Both the position numbers and the translations under genes were made by a program. A stretch of DNA of 64,000 nt from Octopus vulgaris (Eukaryota): positions 2,852,001 through 2,916,000 of the forward strand of contig OX597820.1 in NCBI GenBank assembly GCA_951406725.2, given 5' to 3'. Positions 11,992 to 23,262 of the stretch are shown here, one piece after another; position 1 is the first letter of the stretch; every line of letters begins with the position of its first letter. The notes under the pieces were generated by a model. The model was not told the origin of the DNA and did not search any database. It worked only from the letters and a program-made list of their open reading frames with translations.

Positions 11992-13310
11992 CTAAGCAAA
12001 AACACCCGTCACTGACTGGGTTGAAAGAAGCTGCCAAAATTGTACTCTGAATATTGAAAGTTATTTACTTAGATTGTATTGAACGTATATAAGAAATGGT
12101 TGTTAACTTTCATGTAGACGATAGAGATGTTTTTTTGTGTTCTGGCCAATATTATCGTGGGTGCATATAAACTTCTAATCTATGATCTATAGTATTTCGG
12201 TCTATAAATGAAGCAAACATCGCTGATGTCTAGTCTTTTATGATAAAAGGCAGATTTTCTCTGCCTCCCAAATCGTTCGTTTTTTATACAATTGTACAAT
12301 ATAGAATTTTATACAATTGTAAAATATAGAATTTCTTCAATTGGAATTTACCTATGATTTTTCCAAGTAGATTCCAAGTAGTTTTTTCAATTTGACCCCC
12401 AATTAAGCAAAAATTCGAGAAAACTCAATATTTTACGATTTGCCTCTCTCATTTCAAGTGCTTCACTCCTTCCATTACCGCTACACTTTCTCCTCCTTTC
12501 TCTTTGTAAGTGTGCAACAATTAAAGTGAAAGTATTTATATAACAGGGATGAGCCATTAATACTGGTCATCCTTTTTGCTGGAGGAAGATCAGCTATGGT
12601 CTTATATGCTACACCACTGGTTTTCAATTCATATTAATCAAATTAATATTCAATTTTTCACCCTTATTATGTGTGTGTGTGTATTAGCAATTCGTATAAA
12701 ATTGCATCAATGATTTGAACTTGAATAAGTGGTTTCACATAAATGGAGATAAATTAAAAAGGTTTGTTGTTATTATTATTACTGTTTGACTATTGTAATC
12801 ACGTTTGTTGGTTCCTCATCAGGGAAACGTTGTTGTGTTGAATTTGTTAAATAATTGTAAACCGTAATACTCCCCCTTTCGCAGAAGGGGCTTTGGTTAT
12901 TGTTTCAAAATTGAATTGTGTCCCTGTTTGGGGAAATTGACAATATTTTCACCGTCTTTACGGAAGCATTTTTGTTAAATGCCTTCGATAGAAGAAAGTC
13001 CAAAAATGAATTTCGCTGCAGCCGTACACTTCTATACAAGAGGGAGGACAAGATCCAATTGATCGAAATTGCAAGAGACATGCCTACAATTCCAGTCTGT
13101 TATATATTTTGAGTATTGTTATCACTAGCGATATCAAGATATAACTTTGTATTTTGTATTTTATGTGTAGATGTATATATATATATAGATGTGCATGTAA
13201 TATGTACACATATATATATACACATATATACATGCATAATATATCTACCCATACACACACGTACACACACACACACACACATACATAGGGGCAGGTGTGG
13301 CTGTGTGGTA

Positions 13311-13952
13311 AAAAACTACGTTCGAAGATACTGTACTTGATATGGGCGGTAATGCCTTGCCGGTCTATGGCCTACCTTCAACAAACCGGGAAGGCACAAA
13401 CACTCTGTCTTCACATTTGCTGCGTGAGACATGTTTTAATGTTGACGAGCTTGCCGAGTACATAGCCGACAATGAGCCAAAGCTCCTTCCAGAACAGAAG
13501 TTCGCTTACAACTCCGTTGTTAATTCAGTCCGGGCCAAAGCTGTGGGGATATTTTTCCTGAACGCTCCTGGGGGCACTGGGAAAACTTTTCTCAACAAAT
13601 TAATATTGGCTGAGATTAGGCGAACACAAGGCATTACCCTAGCTGTGGCATCATCTGGAATTGCGGCTACTTTGTTGCCAGGCGGCAGGACAGCTCACTC
13701 CACTTTCAAGCTTCCGCTTGACTTAGCGAAGACTGAGACACCAACTTGCAACATCAGTAACAGCTCCGATCAGGCAGAAGTCTTCAGACCATGCAAGCTT
13801 ATCGTTTGGGATGAATGCACGATGGCCTATAGAGGTGCTCTTAAGGCACTAGATAGATCTCTCAGAGACATCAAACACTCTTCAGCTCCCATGGGAGGCA
13901 TAACACTTCTTCTTTCAGGGGACTTCCGACAAACACTTCCCGTTATTCCCAA
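13311..13952 (+). pseudogene. Helitron RepHel fragment (Pif1-family helicase motifs I-III)
   Basis: ORF 13342-13980: APGGTGKTFL, VASSGIAATLLPGGRTAHSTFKLP, IVWDECTM, LLSGDFRQTLPVIP; truncated at both ends. Confidence 0.9.
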
Positions 13953-14916
13953 GTACGAAGCACGAGTACATGGAATATGAACAATTCTTTCGAACAACGA
14001 AAGACACAAATGGAAAGCAAACCAAACAACATAAAGAACGACCCTTCATCAGTTGTTGGCTGTTTTTCAAGTCTCGTGCGCCCGAGTGCGCGCGTGTGTG
14101 TGTGTGTTTGTCAATGTAACTTAGCGGTTCACCAAAAGAGGCCAATACAATAAGTGCTAGGCTTACAAAGAATAAGTCCTGTGGTCGATTTGTTTGACTA
14201 AAGGCGGTGCTCCAGCATGGCAGCAGTCAAATGACTGAAACAAGTAAAAGAATAAAAGAATATAAATACGATAATGGTAGAGGAGGAGGAGGGGAGACTC
14301 AAAAGATATAAAAATAATATTTTAATTGTCGTCTGTTGTGAGGCAAACAAAGTGTATTTTGGGGCCGGCGAGAGGCGTCTGCCAGCTTGAGTTTGGGACA
14401 CTCCTGACATTTATTTTCCCTGTAAATTCACAATTAAAAAAGTTATTAGCCTTTAAAATTTGCAAAATTTGGGTATTTTAGCCAACCAGAAGCGCGTATT
14501 TTAGGCATCGCCGTGGCGAAGAAGTCTGTATAGTAATCATAGCAGAGAAGCACCACGTGTTTCATAGCTGATTGCAAAGAACTGTTTCCATAGGAACCAA
14601 AGATGCTGCGCATTGCACAAAGAGAGTAACCACCACTTGTTCTATAATTGTTTGTTTTCATAACAGATGGAACTCAACAATTTTAGTTTAATGTTTTGAC
14701 ATGCCGATGTCCCCACCCCCACCCCCTGATGATAGAAGAGGCAGCGAACGAGCTGTTTTCTGATTGGCTGAAAATTCTGAAAATTATTAAACTTTGAACA
14801 CCTGTAACATTTTTGCAACATTTTTCTGGAATAAATAAATAAGAAATTCGGATTCAGCGTCAAAAATTACATTTTTATGATACGTTAAAAATTTTGTTTT
14901 AAAGGTAATTTATATA

Positions 14917-15262
14917 TATTCTTTTACTCTTTTACTTGTTTCAGTCATTTGACTGCGGCCATGCTGGAGCACCGCCTTTAGTCGAGCAAATCGACCCCGG
15001 GACTTATTCTTTGTAAATCTAGTACTTATTCTATCGGTCTCTTTTGCCGAACTGCTAAACACACCAGCATCGGTTGTCAAGCGATGTTGTGGGGACAAAT
15101 ACAGACACACACATATATATACATATACATATATACGACTGGCTTCTTTCAGTTTCTGTCTACCAAATCCACTCACAAGGCTTTGGTCAGCCCGGGACTG
15201 CTATGAACCCGGAACCATGTGGTTGGTAAGCAAGCTACTTACCACACAGTCACTCCTGCACC
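14917..15262 (-). mobile_element. Major CORE-type tRNA SINE with internal deletions
   Basis: Head GGTGCAGGAGTGACTGTGTGGTAAG; tail GGTGCTCCAGCATGGCCGCAGTCAAATGACTGAAAC. Confidence 0.85.
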
Positions 15263-15676
15263 TATATAATTACGCATGTTTTTATGCATCACGAGTCCAC
15301 GTGAGAGCTCCTGTCAATGTAAATAATGCAGCACGATGTGTTTTAATACAATCTCAATGTTAAGTTGGAGATCAAGATAAGCAAATATTTATTTGTACAA
15401 TCAGCGCTGACAAAATAGATTTGAAGAAAACCAACAGTCACAGTTATGGCATATGGGTGGTAGGTGAAGCAGAGGTGTAAAATGAACAAACATTTATTTT
15501 GTTTCGTCGATATTTGTTTCACCTGCAAAGAAAATGGATTTCACAGCGATTTACCACGGACAAAAAAATTCTCGCTGTTGGCAAAAGGCGTTAAAAAGCG
15601 CAAACTCATTTCAGAATGCCCCCAATCAACCGGTAGATACATTTTGAACAAGCATTAGGTAAACATATTTGAATTA

Positions 15677-15748
15677 CAGGCAAATGGCGTAGTGGTTCAG
15701 AGTGCGGGCTACTAACCCCAAGATTCCGAGTTCGATTCCAGGCAGTGA

Positions 15749-15793
<45 letters not shown>

Positions 15794-15954
15794 CAACAAC
15801 AACATCGAAAAATACCTTAGGAATGTGAACCCAGGTTCGAAATTTCCCCCAAGACACCTGATGAAGGCTGGAGGGTATATTAGCTGAAATATTGTGTTAC
15901 CAACAAACAAGATGAGGAGAAATATCCGTCAAATGTAAATAATGTAAATAATGT
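15677..15954 (+). mobile_element. tRNA-headed SINE carrying a minimal hammerhead-like motif
   Basis: A box TGGCGTAGTGG, B box GAGTTCGATTCC, internal (AAT)n, tail (AATGTAAAT)n, 12-bp TSD ATATTTGAATTA at 15665-15676 and 15955-15966. Confidence 0.85.
15853..15898 (+). ncRNA. Type I minimal hammerhead ribozyme-like motif
   Basis: GACAC-CTGATGA-A-GGCTG(loop)TAGCT-GAAA-TATT-GTGTT; stems I and II pair, palindromic AATATT stem III. Confidence 0.6.
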
Positions 15955-16123
15955 ATATTTGAATTAATCTAAAAGTTTGGTTATTTTACCCGACTGCTTC
16001 GAGCATTCCTCATACATTCTGTTCCGGCCTGGCAACCAAAGCGTGCGAGCACTGATAATTTCGACTGATTTCTTATAAAGGAGCGATGACTCCCAATCAG
16101 TTTACGGTTGCCCAGCTTGATAT

Positions 16124-16167
16124 CTGGGACTGATGAGCGCATTAAAAGCCCGAAATGCATTTACCAG
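16124..16167 (+). ncRNA. Type I hammerhead ribozyme-like motif
   Basis: CTGGGA-CTGATGA-GCGC(ATTAAAA)GCCC-GAAA-TGCATT-TACCAG; palindrome AAATGCATTT; one mismatch each in stems I and II. Confidence 0.55.
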
Positions 16168-16934
16168 TCCATAGGAAGCACTCTGAACTGATATTTTATT
16201 TTAAACACCATTTGCCAAAAGCGAAATTTTTTCTCATCGGCAAACCACAATGAAAATACATTTCACTGCTTAAATATATCTCAAACATTCAAACTGATCA
16301 TGAGTTTGATTATAAACAACGATAAATTGTTCGTTCTTCCTGCCTACCTATGCTCCTTTGTCTATCTGTCTGACAATCTGTTTACCTGCAGCCTGTCTCC
16401 CCGCCTCTCTCTCTTTTTCTCAGATGAAGGGACAGCTCTGAAACGTCGCATTGCTTCTCCCTCGTGGCAAACGGATCTATTCAGTACCTATTTCTTTACT
16501 ACCCACAAGGGGCTAAACACAGAGAGGACAAACAAGGACAGACAAACGGATTAAGTCGATTACATCGACCCCAGTGCGTAACTGGTACTTAATTTATCGA
16601 CCCCGAAAGGATGAAAGGCAAAGTCAACCTCAGCGGAATTTGAACTCAGAACATAACAGCAGACGAAATACGAATTTCTTTATTGCCCACCGGGGGCCAA
16701 ACATAGATATGGACAGTACAACTGATGGGATCAGTGAATCGATATGATTTTACATAAATGTGACATCAAAAATAAAATACAATACATAAAAATCGAATGG
16801 AATACACAGTACAAAAACAATACAAATGAAGCGATGATCAAGTTACGCTCCGATCCCACGAGCCCCGATCCCACGAGCCCCGATCTACCGCTGATACCTT
16901 TTTATTTTTCCTTTTTTTTTTTTTCCTCGTCTAT

Positions 16935-19900
16935 TCACACGGTTCCTTGCACGCACAACACTCGTGCAACATACTTCCATCTCTTTTGGAACGTACACTC
17001 TGACAGACACCTCTTCTCCAGCCACAGTTTCCTTTTCAAATGAAAAGAAAAAAAAGGATCGTAAGTTGTGGCCAGAGATAAAGTTGCCTGTCTTAATTCC
17101 TTTTATCCTAGTCTTCCATACAGCCTCTTTTGCTATTGCTACAACCGTGAGAAAACAATTCTTACCTTCGTTCGTTAGAACTCCCGGTGGGTCAATTTTT
17201 ATAATTGACTCAGTCGACAGCCGTACTCTTCCTTCGCCGGACAACAGATGTTCAGCATAAGCCCACATTTCAGTTATCTCCGGACACTGAACAATAGCGT
17301 GAGGGACGGTTTCCCTGTCCCCCCCGCATCTTGGACAGGTCGGCGACTGACGTTTACCATGTCTTGCGAGCTTAACCCAAACGGGCAAGGCACCTCTGTA
17401 GCATTGCCAGGTTAAGGACTTTTGGAAGTTGTCCAACGTTCTCAACCCGAATGTATGATGAAACAAGCTGTCCAGTTGAATAAATCCGAGACCTAGAGTC
17501 GACCCCAGGCCATCGTCGCATTCAGACTCTACCAACCCACTATATAAAATCCGTGTGGAACCCCCACCGCTGGCGTTGCCCGAGCGCCGGAACAGCAAGA
17601 GGGCCTTACGGCACTCTTTATGCCACTCACTCGACCTCGGTCTACGAGAACACCAGGCTTCCTGTTCGCAAAAACTCTTGAACTGAGGGAACATTTGTCT
17701 GACCAGCGGAGACCACACCCGTTCACTATCCAGGAGAATCCAGAGGTGCCTCAACCTCAACGCATCATTAACCAAGGCATCCCTAAACCTCCATTTAAAG
17801 GCTTTTGACAGCAGACAGAGCGTTTCACAAGTGGCGACCTGCCCTTCCACAAAAAGCGAAAGAGCTGTCTCTCCAACCTGATCAACCACGAATCCGGACA
17901 GGGCACGACGGTCAGGCGGTAGGTAATGACCGATGCGATAAACACATTGGCCACTCCCGCACTCCCTTTCAGGGATAGCCACCGCCAAGACCAGGTCTTG
18001 ACTACTGCAGCCACCCTGCTCAACACCTACGTCCAGTTATTCTCTATCTGGAGGCCTGGTCCAAACCAGACTCCCAGCAACTTAACCGGTCCCTCCGTCC
18101 AGCGCCTAACAACACTGTCTGAAGGTATCGACTTGCCAACCCAGGTGCCGAGCTGCAAGCCGACCGACTTTTCCCGGTTAATCTTTGCTCCTGCTACCTC
18201 CTCGTAAGCCTCAATAGTCTTACCTACTTCACGTAGGCGTGCCACTGTGGTTACACTGATAGTGATATCATCCGCGAAAGCCGTAACAAACTCCTCTAGT
18301 CCTGGTTCTCTCGGGATGCCACTCAACCTTTGCAGTAATGGCTCGAGAGCCATCACATACAAAAGTGGTGAAAGCGGACATCCTTGACGAACCGAGCGTC
18401 TGATGCAGAACGGCTTCGAAAGGAAACCGTTCACCCGAACTATCGAGTCAATGTTGTGGTACAAAGCGATAAACCACCTGAGGAAGCCAAGGCCCAGGCC
18501 AAACCGCGCAAGTACAGAAGCTAGGTATCGATGGTCAACCCTATCAAAAGCTTTAGACTGGTCCAAATGCACCAATGCCCCACCTTTGCCAGATTTATTA
18601 CCAAACCTCTCTATGGTATAGCGAATAAGATGGAGGGTATCCTGAATGGTTCTGCCTGGGATGGCACATGTCTGTGCCTCCCCGACTATACCATTCGCGA
18701 CACGCGCCAACCTTTTTGCTAGAACCTTGGCCAAAATCTTCACTTCTGCGTTTAACAGAGTGATGGGCCTGAAATTCTCTAGAACGTCCCCCTTGTCCGG
18801 GTCCTTTCTGACCAACGTCACTACTCCTCGGCGCACAGATCTGGGGATAAACCCATTCTGTTTCCAGTTCGCGTACACGTCAGTCAGTAGTTGCCCGAAC
18901 AAGTCTGGCATACATTTATACAGCTCGTACGGAAGACCATCAAGTCCCGGTGACTTACCCGCTTTACAATCGGCCAAAGCCTCCATCACCTCCTCAGGTG
19001 TGATTGGCCCTTCGCAAGACTCCGCATCCGACCCCGAGAGGCACGGCAGCCCGGTAAGAAAGTCCTCGAGGGCTCTCCCACCACCAGGACCGCCGTCACC
19101 CCCGAACAGCTGGGCGAAGTACTCCCGAAAGACCTCACACATTTTCTCGGGTTCGTTTATCAAGACACCATTTTGATTCGTCAAAGACCGAATAGAGGAA
19201 CTATTTCCTTGCCGAGCTTCCACCACTCGGGCCCATCCAGCGGCTTTGATTCCTTCACTTCCCATTGCACGTAACTTAGCTCTGGTAATACTTCCCATGT
19301 GGTGGGATTCAAGATGCTGGTTTAACTCCAGTCTTTTCACCCTCGCTTGGTCTGTATTACCAGTCCTCCAGGCTTCTTCTAGTTCCTTAACTAGACCATC
19401 TCCTATTTTACGTCCCTTCTTAGCTAAACTTATGCTAAACCTAATAGACTCATATTTGATGGCTCTTTTTAGGGCGTACCACCATTTGTTATTAATGATG
19501 GTACCTGTTAATGCCCTCTGTATTAACATCTTGATCAGCTTTCTGTACTCCTCAATCGCCAAAAGGGACGTATTGAGTTTCCAGTAGCCAGATCCCTGTC
19601 TATGCAACTTATCTACCGTCCGTTTACAGGTAACCATCTTGTGGTCACTGTAGCTGACTAGAAAAAACTGTGGACACTCAACTATGGATTTATCTTTTTC
19701 TCTAATTAATCTAGATATGTTCTGGTAGACCCGTCACTATTTGACCACGTCCACTGTGGAGTGTTCGGGTGCTCCAATCTATATGGATCTGCTAGCTGAA
19801 ATTGACTTAGCAGATCCCGAAAGCCTGGGTTACATTTTCTGTTCATGTTCGAGTTTGAGCCAACACAATCTGTGTGTGCTGCACATATTGTATTAGAGTC

Positions 19901-20320
19901 TCCTAACACTACTAGTGAATGCGACGTGGCTAGGAACTTTCCTAGGCCACGAAAATATTCAGTTTGCGGGCCAATAATGTTTGGTGCGTAAATAGCGACC
20001 AGCCTGATTGTCTTGCCACAACTGAATGTCAAGTCGAGAACGACCAGCCTGCCTTCTGGGTCAGAAAAAAACAACTTTTTCTCGGCTACCCGGTTTCTTT
20101 TTAGTAGGACCAACACCCCACCCCCACCTCCCGCCCGACTCGGAGAAACGTATTTCTCGTAGCCGTTCAGGAGGGGGAACAGATCTCTTGGCCCCTTCAC
20201 CCGGGTTTCCGTTGCAACAATTACATCCAAATTTCTCGACCTGATGTCATTCAGAAAGCGTCCTTGCTTCCAGCTTGACAACAGGCCATGAACATTTAAA
20301 CAACCAATGTGAATAGCCAT
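16935..20320 (-). pseudogene. Tx1 ORF2 (APE endonuclease, reverse transcriptase, C-terminal CCHC), broken by stops and frameshifts
   Basis: GCLNVHGL, ATETR, IYAPN, WTWSN (19706-20323); GYWKLN, KSPGLDGLP, RPITLLN, LDQSKAFDRVDH, VRQGCPLSPLLY, FADD (18027-19637); CPRCGGDRETVPHAIVQC. Confidence 0.93.
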
Positions 20321-20331
20321 CACTTACCTGT

Positions 20332-21860
20332 TTAATTAGGATTGTCCGGTGGAGGGGGACCCTCCACCTTTTTTTGATCCAGGGTCGGAGGTGGACGGTC
20401 TTGGGAAATAGATTTGTCAAAATCCCGTCTCACCACCGACACAGAATTATCAGGTGGAGGAGGAATCTCCACCTTTTCCTTTTCTTGCGGGATCGGAGCT
20501 GGTAATCCATGAAATATCGACTTGTTAAAATCTAATCTCAATGAAGATACAGTCTTTCTGTACTTATTTTGTAGAATTCTATAAGTCTTATTTGAGACTT
20601 CATATATGTCGTAATTGATAAATTCCTCTGAAAGGTTATCAATTTTTTTTACAGTCTTTATGAGTTGAATATCTCTCATGAGCTCAGTATCTTTAGTGTA
20701 TACGGCTATTATGCCTTTTTCTTCTTTTTCTCTTCTGGCAGTCTTTTTTGGTCGTTGTTCTGTAGTAGTTGCCGCTCTCGGCTGGGTTGCTGGTTGTATT
20801 TTTCTTTTGTTTGTTGTTTTTTTCTCATCTGTTTCTTTTTTATCTTCTTCCTCTTTGTCTTTTTTCTCCTCTTCCTCCTCTTCTTCATTTTCCTTGCAGT
20901 TCCTTCGAATGTGGCCTAATTGACCACATAAAAAACATCGAGGTTTTCGGCCCTCAACAAACACCACGAGGTTCTCCTCCCCTACCTCAATTGTCTCAGG
21001 AATTGTTTGAATTATTTTAGGGTCCGCTTGAATGAGAAGATTAATTGTTTGACCATCCCAGCGTGGGTTTTCCGTAGCGGTAGCCTGGAGGAGAGTAATT
21101 TTTTCTACCTCTTTGATTAGGACTGCCGCCAACAACCACATAGGTTCGACCTCTGGCGGGACCCTTGTAATTTTTATTCGCGACGTCCTCATCCCCATAT
21201 AATAGAGGATTAACTCCACGTCGTTCGTTTTCAACGTTTCAACTGAGTTCTTGTGTGCTATTTCTTTATTGGTGAACCTTACTTCCACCGTTCCGAATTT
21301 TTTCCTCTTCTCAGAAATACTACGTCGCCCAATATTGGCTTTAAGCACTTTTCTATTTTCTCTTCTGACATTCTTTCAATTTTTCTTTTTTGTAGACAAT
21401 ATGTTTTGAAATTTATTGTTTTTTGCTTTTCTTCCTGTAATAACTTTTGCGGAGGTTCAATTTTCACACCGTTGTCAGTTATTTCCATCATTTTGCTGTA
21501 TTTCATAATTTCGCTTTTATTCGTCGACAGTATCTGGGTTCCACCCCCAGCAGCCAACGCAAAACTTTTTTTCCATTTTTTGGTTCTATCTGGATGCTAG
21601 GCACATCAATTAATTCTCTTCGACACAATGCCTTTGTTCTCTGGCAAAGTCGGAAACTCTTCTGGTGAAAGTTCTGACGAGCTCTCAGACACATCTCCAA
21701 AAATATCAAATATATTATCCTCTCTGCTATTCCTTCTTGTAGCGGGGGAAACCCCTATTTCCTTGTCTGTAGTTGGCTCCTCGCCGGACATGTATTTCCT
21801 CCTCTCAACAGGAGAAACAAGTATTTCTGCTCCAACGGTAGGCTCCATGCTAGACGACAT
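20332..21860 (-). pseudogene. Tx1 ORF1 (gag-like, CX2CX4HX4C knuckle), frameshifted
   Basis: ORF pieces 21606-21905, 21279-21557/21503-21709 and 20332-21348; VEGRKPRCFLCGQLGHIRRNC; ends 11 nt upstream of the ORF2 ATG. Confidence 0.85.
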
Positions 21861-22946
21861 TCTTCCCACAAAGGGGGAATGAACAACGCGTGCTACCACA
21901 AGCACTAAGTGTTTTCAATTGAAAACTCCAACAGTTAAGTTATTCAACAGTTTAACAAGAAACAACAGTTGTTAACAATATTAACACCAAGAAACAGCAA
22001 TTCTTACCACGAACACATGTGCGACAGACGAAATACGGCTACGCATTTCGCCCGGCGTGCTAACCATTCTGCCAGCTCGCCGCCATTCAGTACCAGGAGC
22101 AACAATAACAGGTAAGACAATAGTAACATCAAAAACAACAGCAGCGGCAGCACCAGCAGTGGCAGCAGCAGCGGCAGCGGCAGCAGCAGCCATACTAGAA
22201 CAGCAAGAAAAAAACTCTGAGCAGTAATGGACTTGCGTAATTATTTTACTTGGAAGAGGCAAAGATCTGCAGAGCTAAGTCTCCAGGAACATAACGGATG
22301 TCTCCAGAGAAATATTTATGCTTCCAGAAACATCCTCGTGTCTTCTGAAACACATGTCCATCATCCGAAGTAACGTATGTCTCTTAGAACATAAATATGT
22401 CTCCAGAGATGTGCACTTCAAGAGACTGCAGAAACGGAACGAGGAGGTTTAACATGGTCACTCTCTATGCCAAAAACAGCAGCCAAATTTGATCAAATCT
22501 TGAAAAGCAGGACACATTCATCACACAGTGTAGTCCTAAATACACAAAAAGACGAGCTGTCCTTAGATCCACCATGATCGTAAATCTGCTCTGTGAGGGC
22601 CGGTTAGGGTCTTGATAAAGATCACCCTCAACCGCTGCAACCACCAACAACAATGGCAACTGCAGTAATATAACAACGGTGATGATGATGATTACCTATT
22701 TTTTCTGAAAGTTATAAAGAAACAAATTCGGTGAGGAATTACACTTGTGTAGGTAAGCGACAACTTTAGTAGGGAGGCCATTGTTTGCACGTGGATTGTT
22801 GAATTTCCTCTTAGATTCGATGACGTCACTGAATTACGTTGTTTTCTGAAACAACGCTGGTTTCATTATCCATGTTGTCATTCACAACATCACACTTCAA
22901 TAGAGTTTCAAACGGAGTACTTAACGCTTGTCACGTATATAAATAA

Positions 22947-22948
<2 letters not shown>

Positions 22949-22977
<29 letters not shown>

Positions 22978-23017
22978 TGTATGTATGTATGTATGTGTGT
23001 GTGTGTGTGTGTGTGTA

Positions 23018-23056
<39 letters not shown>

Positions 23057-23059
23057 GTA

Positions 23060-23094
<35 letters not shown>

Positions 23095-23231
23095 ATGTAT
23101 GTATGTATGTATGTGTGTATGTATGTATGTGTGTGTATGTGTGTGTGTGTGTATGTATGTATGTGTGTGTGTGTGTGTATGTCTGTATGTATGTATGTAT
23201 GTGTGTATGTATGTGTGTGTGTGTGTATGTA

Positions 23232-23262
<31 letters not shown>

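Larger units (their letters stand above)
16673..22024 (-). mobile_element. Apparently full-length Tx1/L1-clade non-LTR retrotransposon, inactivated
   Basis: 5'UTR, ORF1 with zinc knuckle, ORF2 APE-RT-CCHC, 3'UTR; 13-bp TSD CAGACGAAATACG at 16660-16672 and 22025-22037. Confidence 0.93.
16489..22084 (-). mobile_element. MetaSINE (A tail) split by the Tx1 LINE: tail/body/B box 16489-16672, A-box head 22025-22084
   Basis: The two halves join into a complete SINE; outer 10-bp TSD ATTCAGTACC at 16479-16488 and 22085-22094. Confidence 0.92.

Noticed and set aside
13342-13980. Host PIF1 gene
   Set aside because: Intronless truncated fragment with Helitron-type sequence, no splice sites, repeat flanks
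13980-14056. Minus-strand hammerhead (AACAA-CTGATGA...GAAA-GAA-TTGTT)
   Set aside because: No valid stem III or NUH site; at best a decayed relic
15680-15750. Genuine tRNA gene (also at 11398, 38502, 60161)
   Set aside because: Poor acceptor stems, and heads run into repeated bodies with TSDs, so these are SINE heads
18646-19587. Plus-strand ORFs of 113-176 aa
   Set aside because: Antisense shadows of Tx1 ORF2
22278-22410. CRISPR-like array
   Set aside because: Eukaryotic context, degenerate adjacent units, no unique spacers or cas genes
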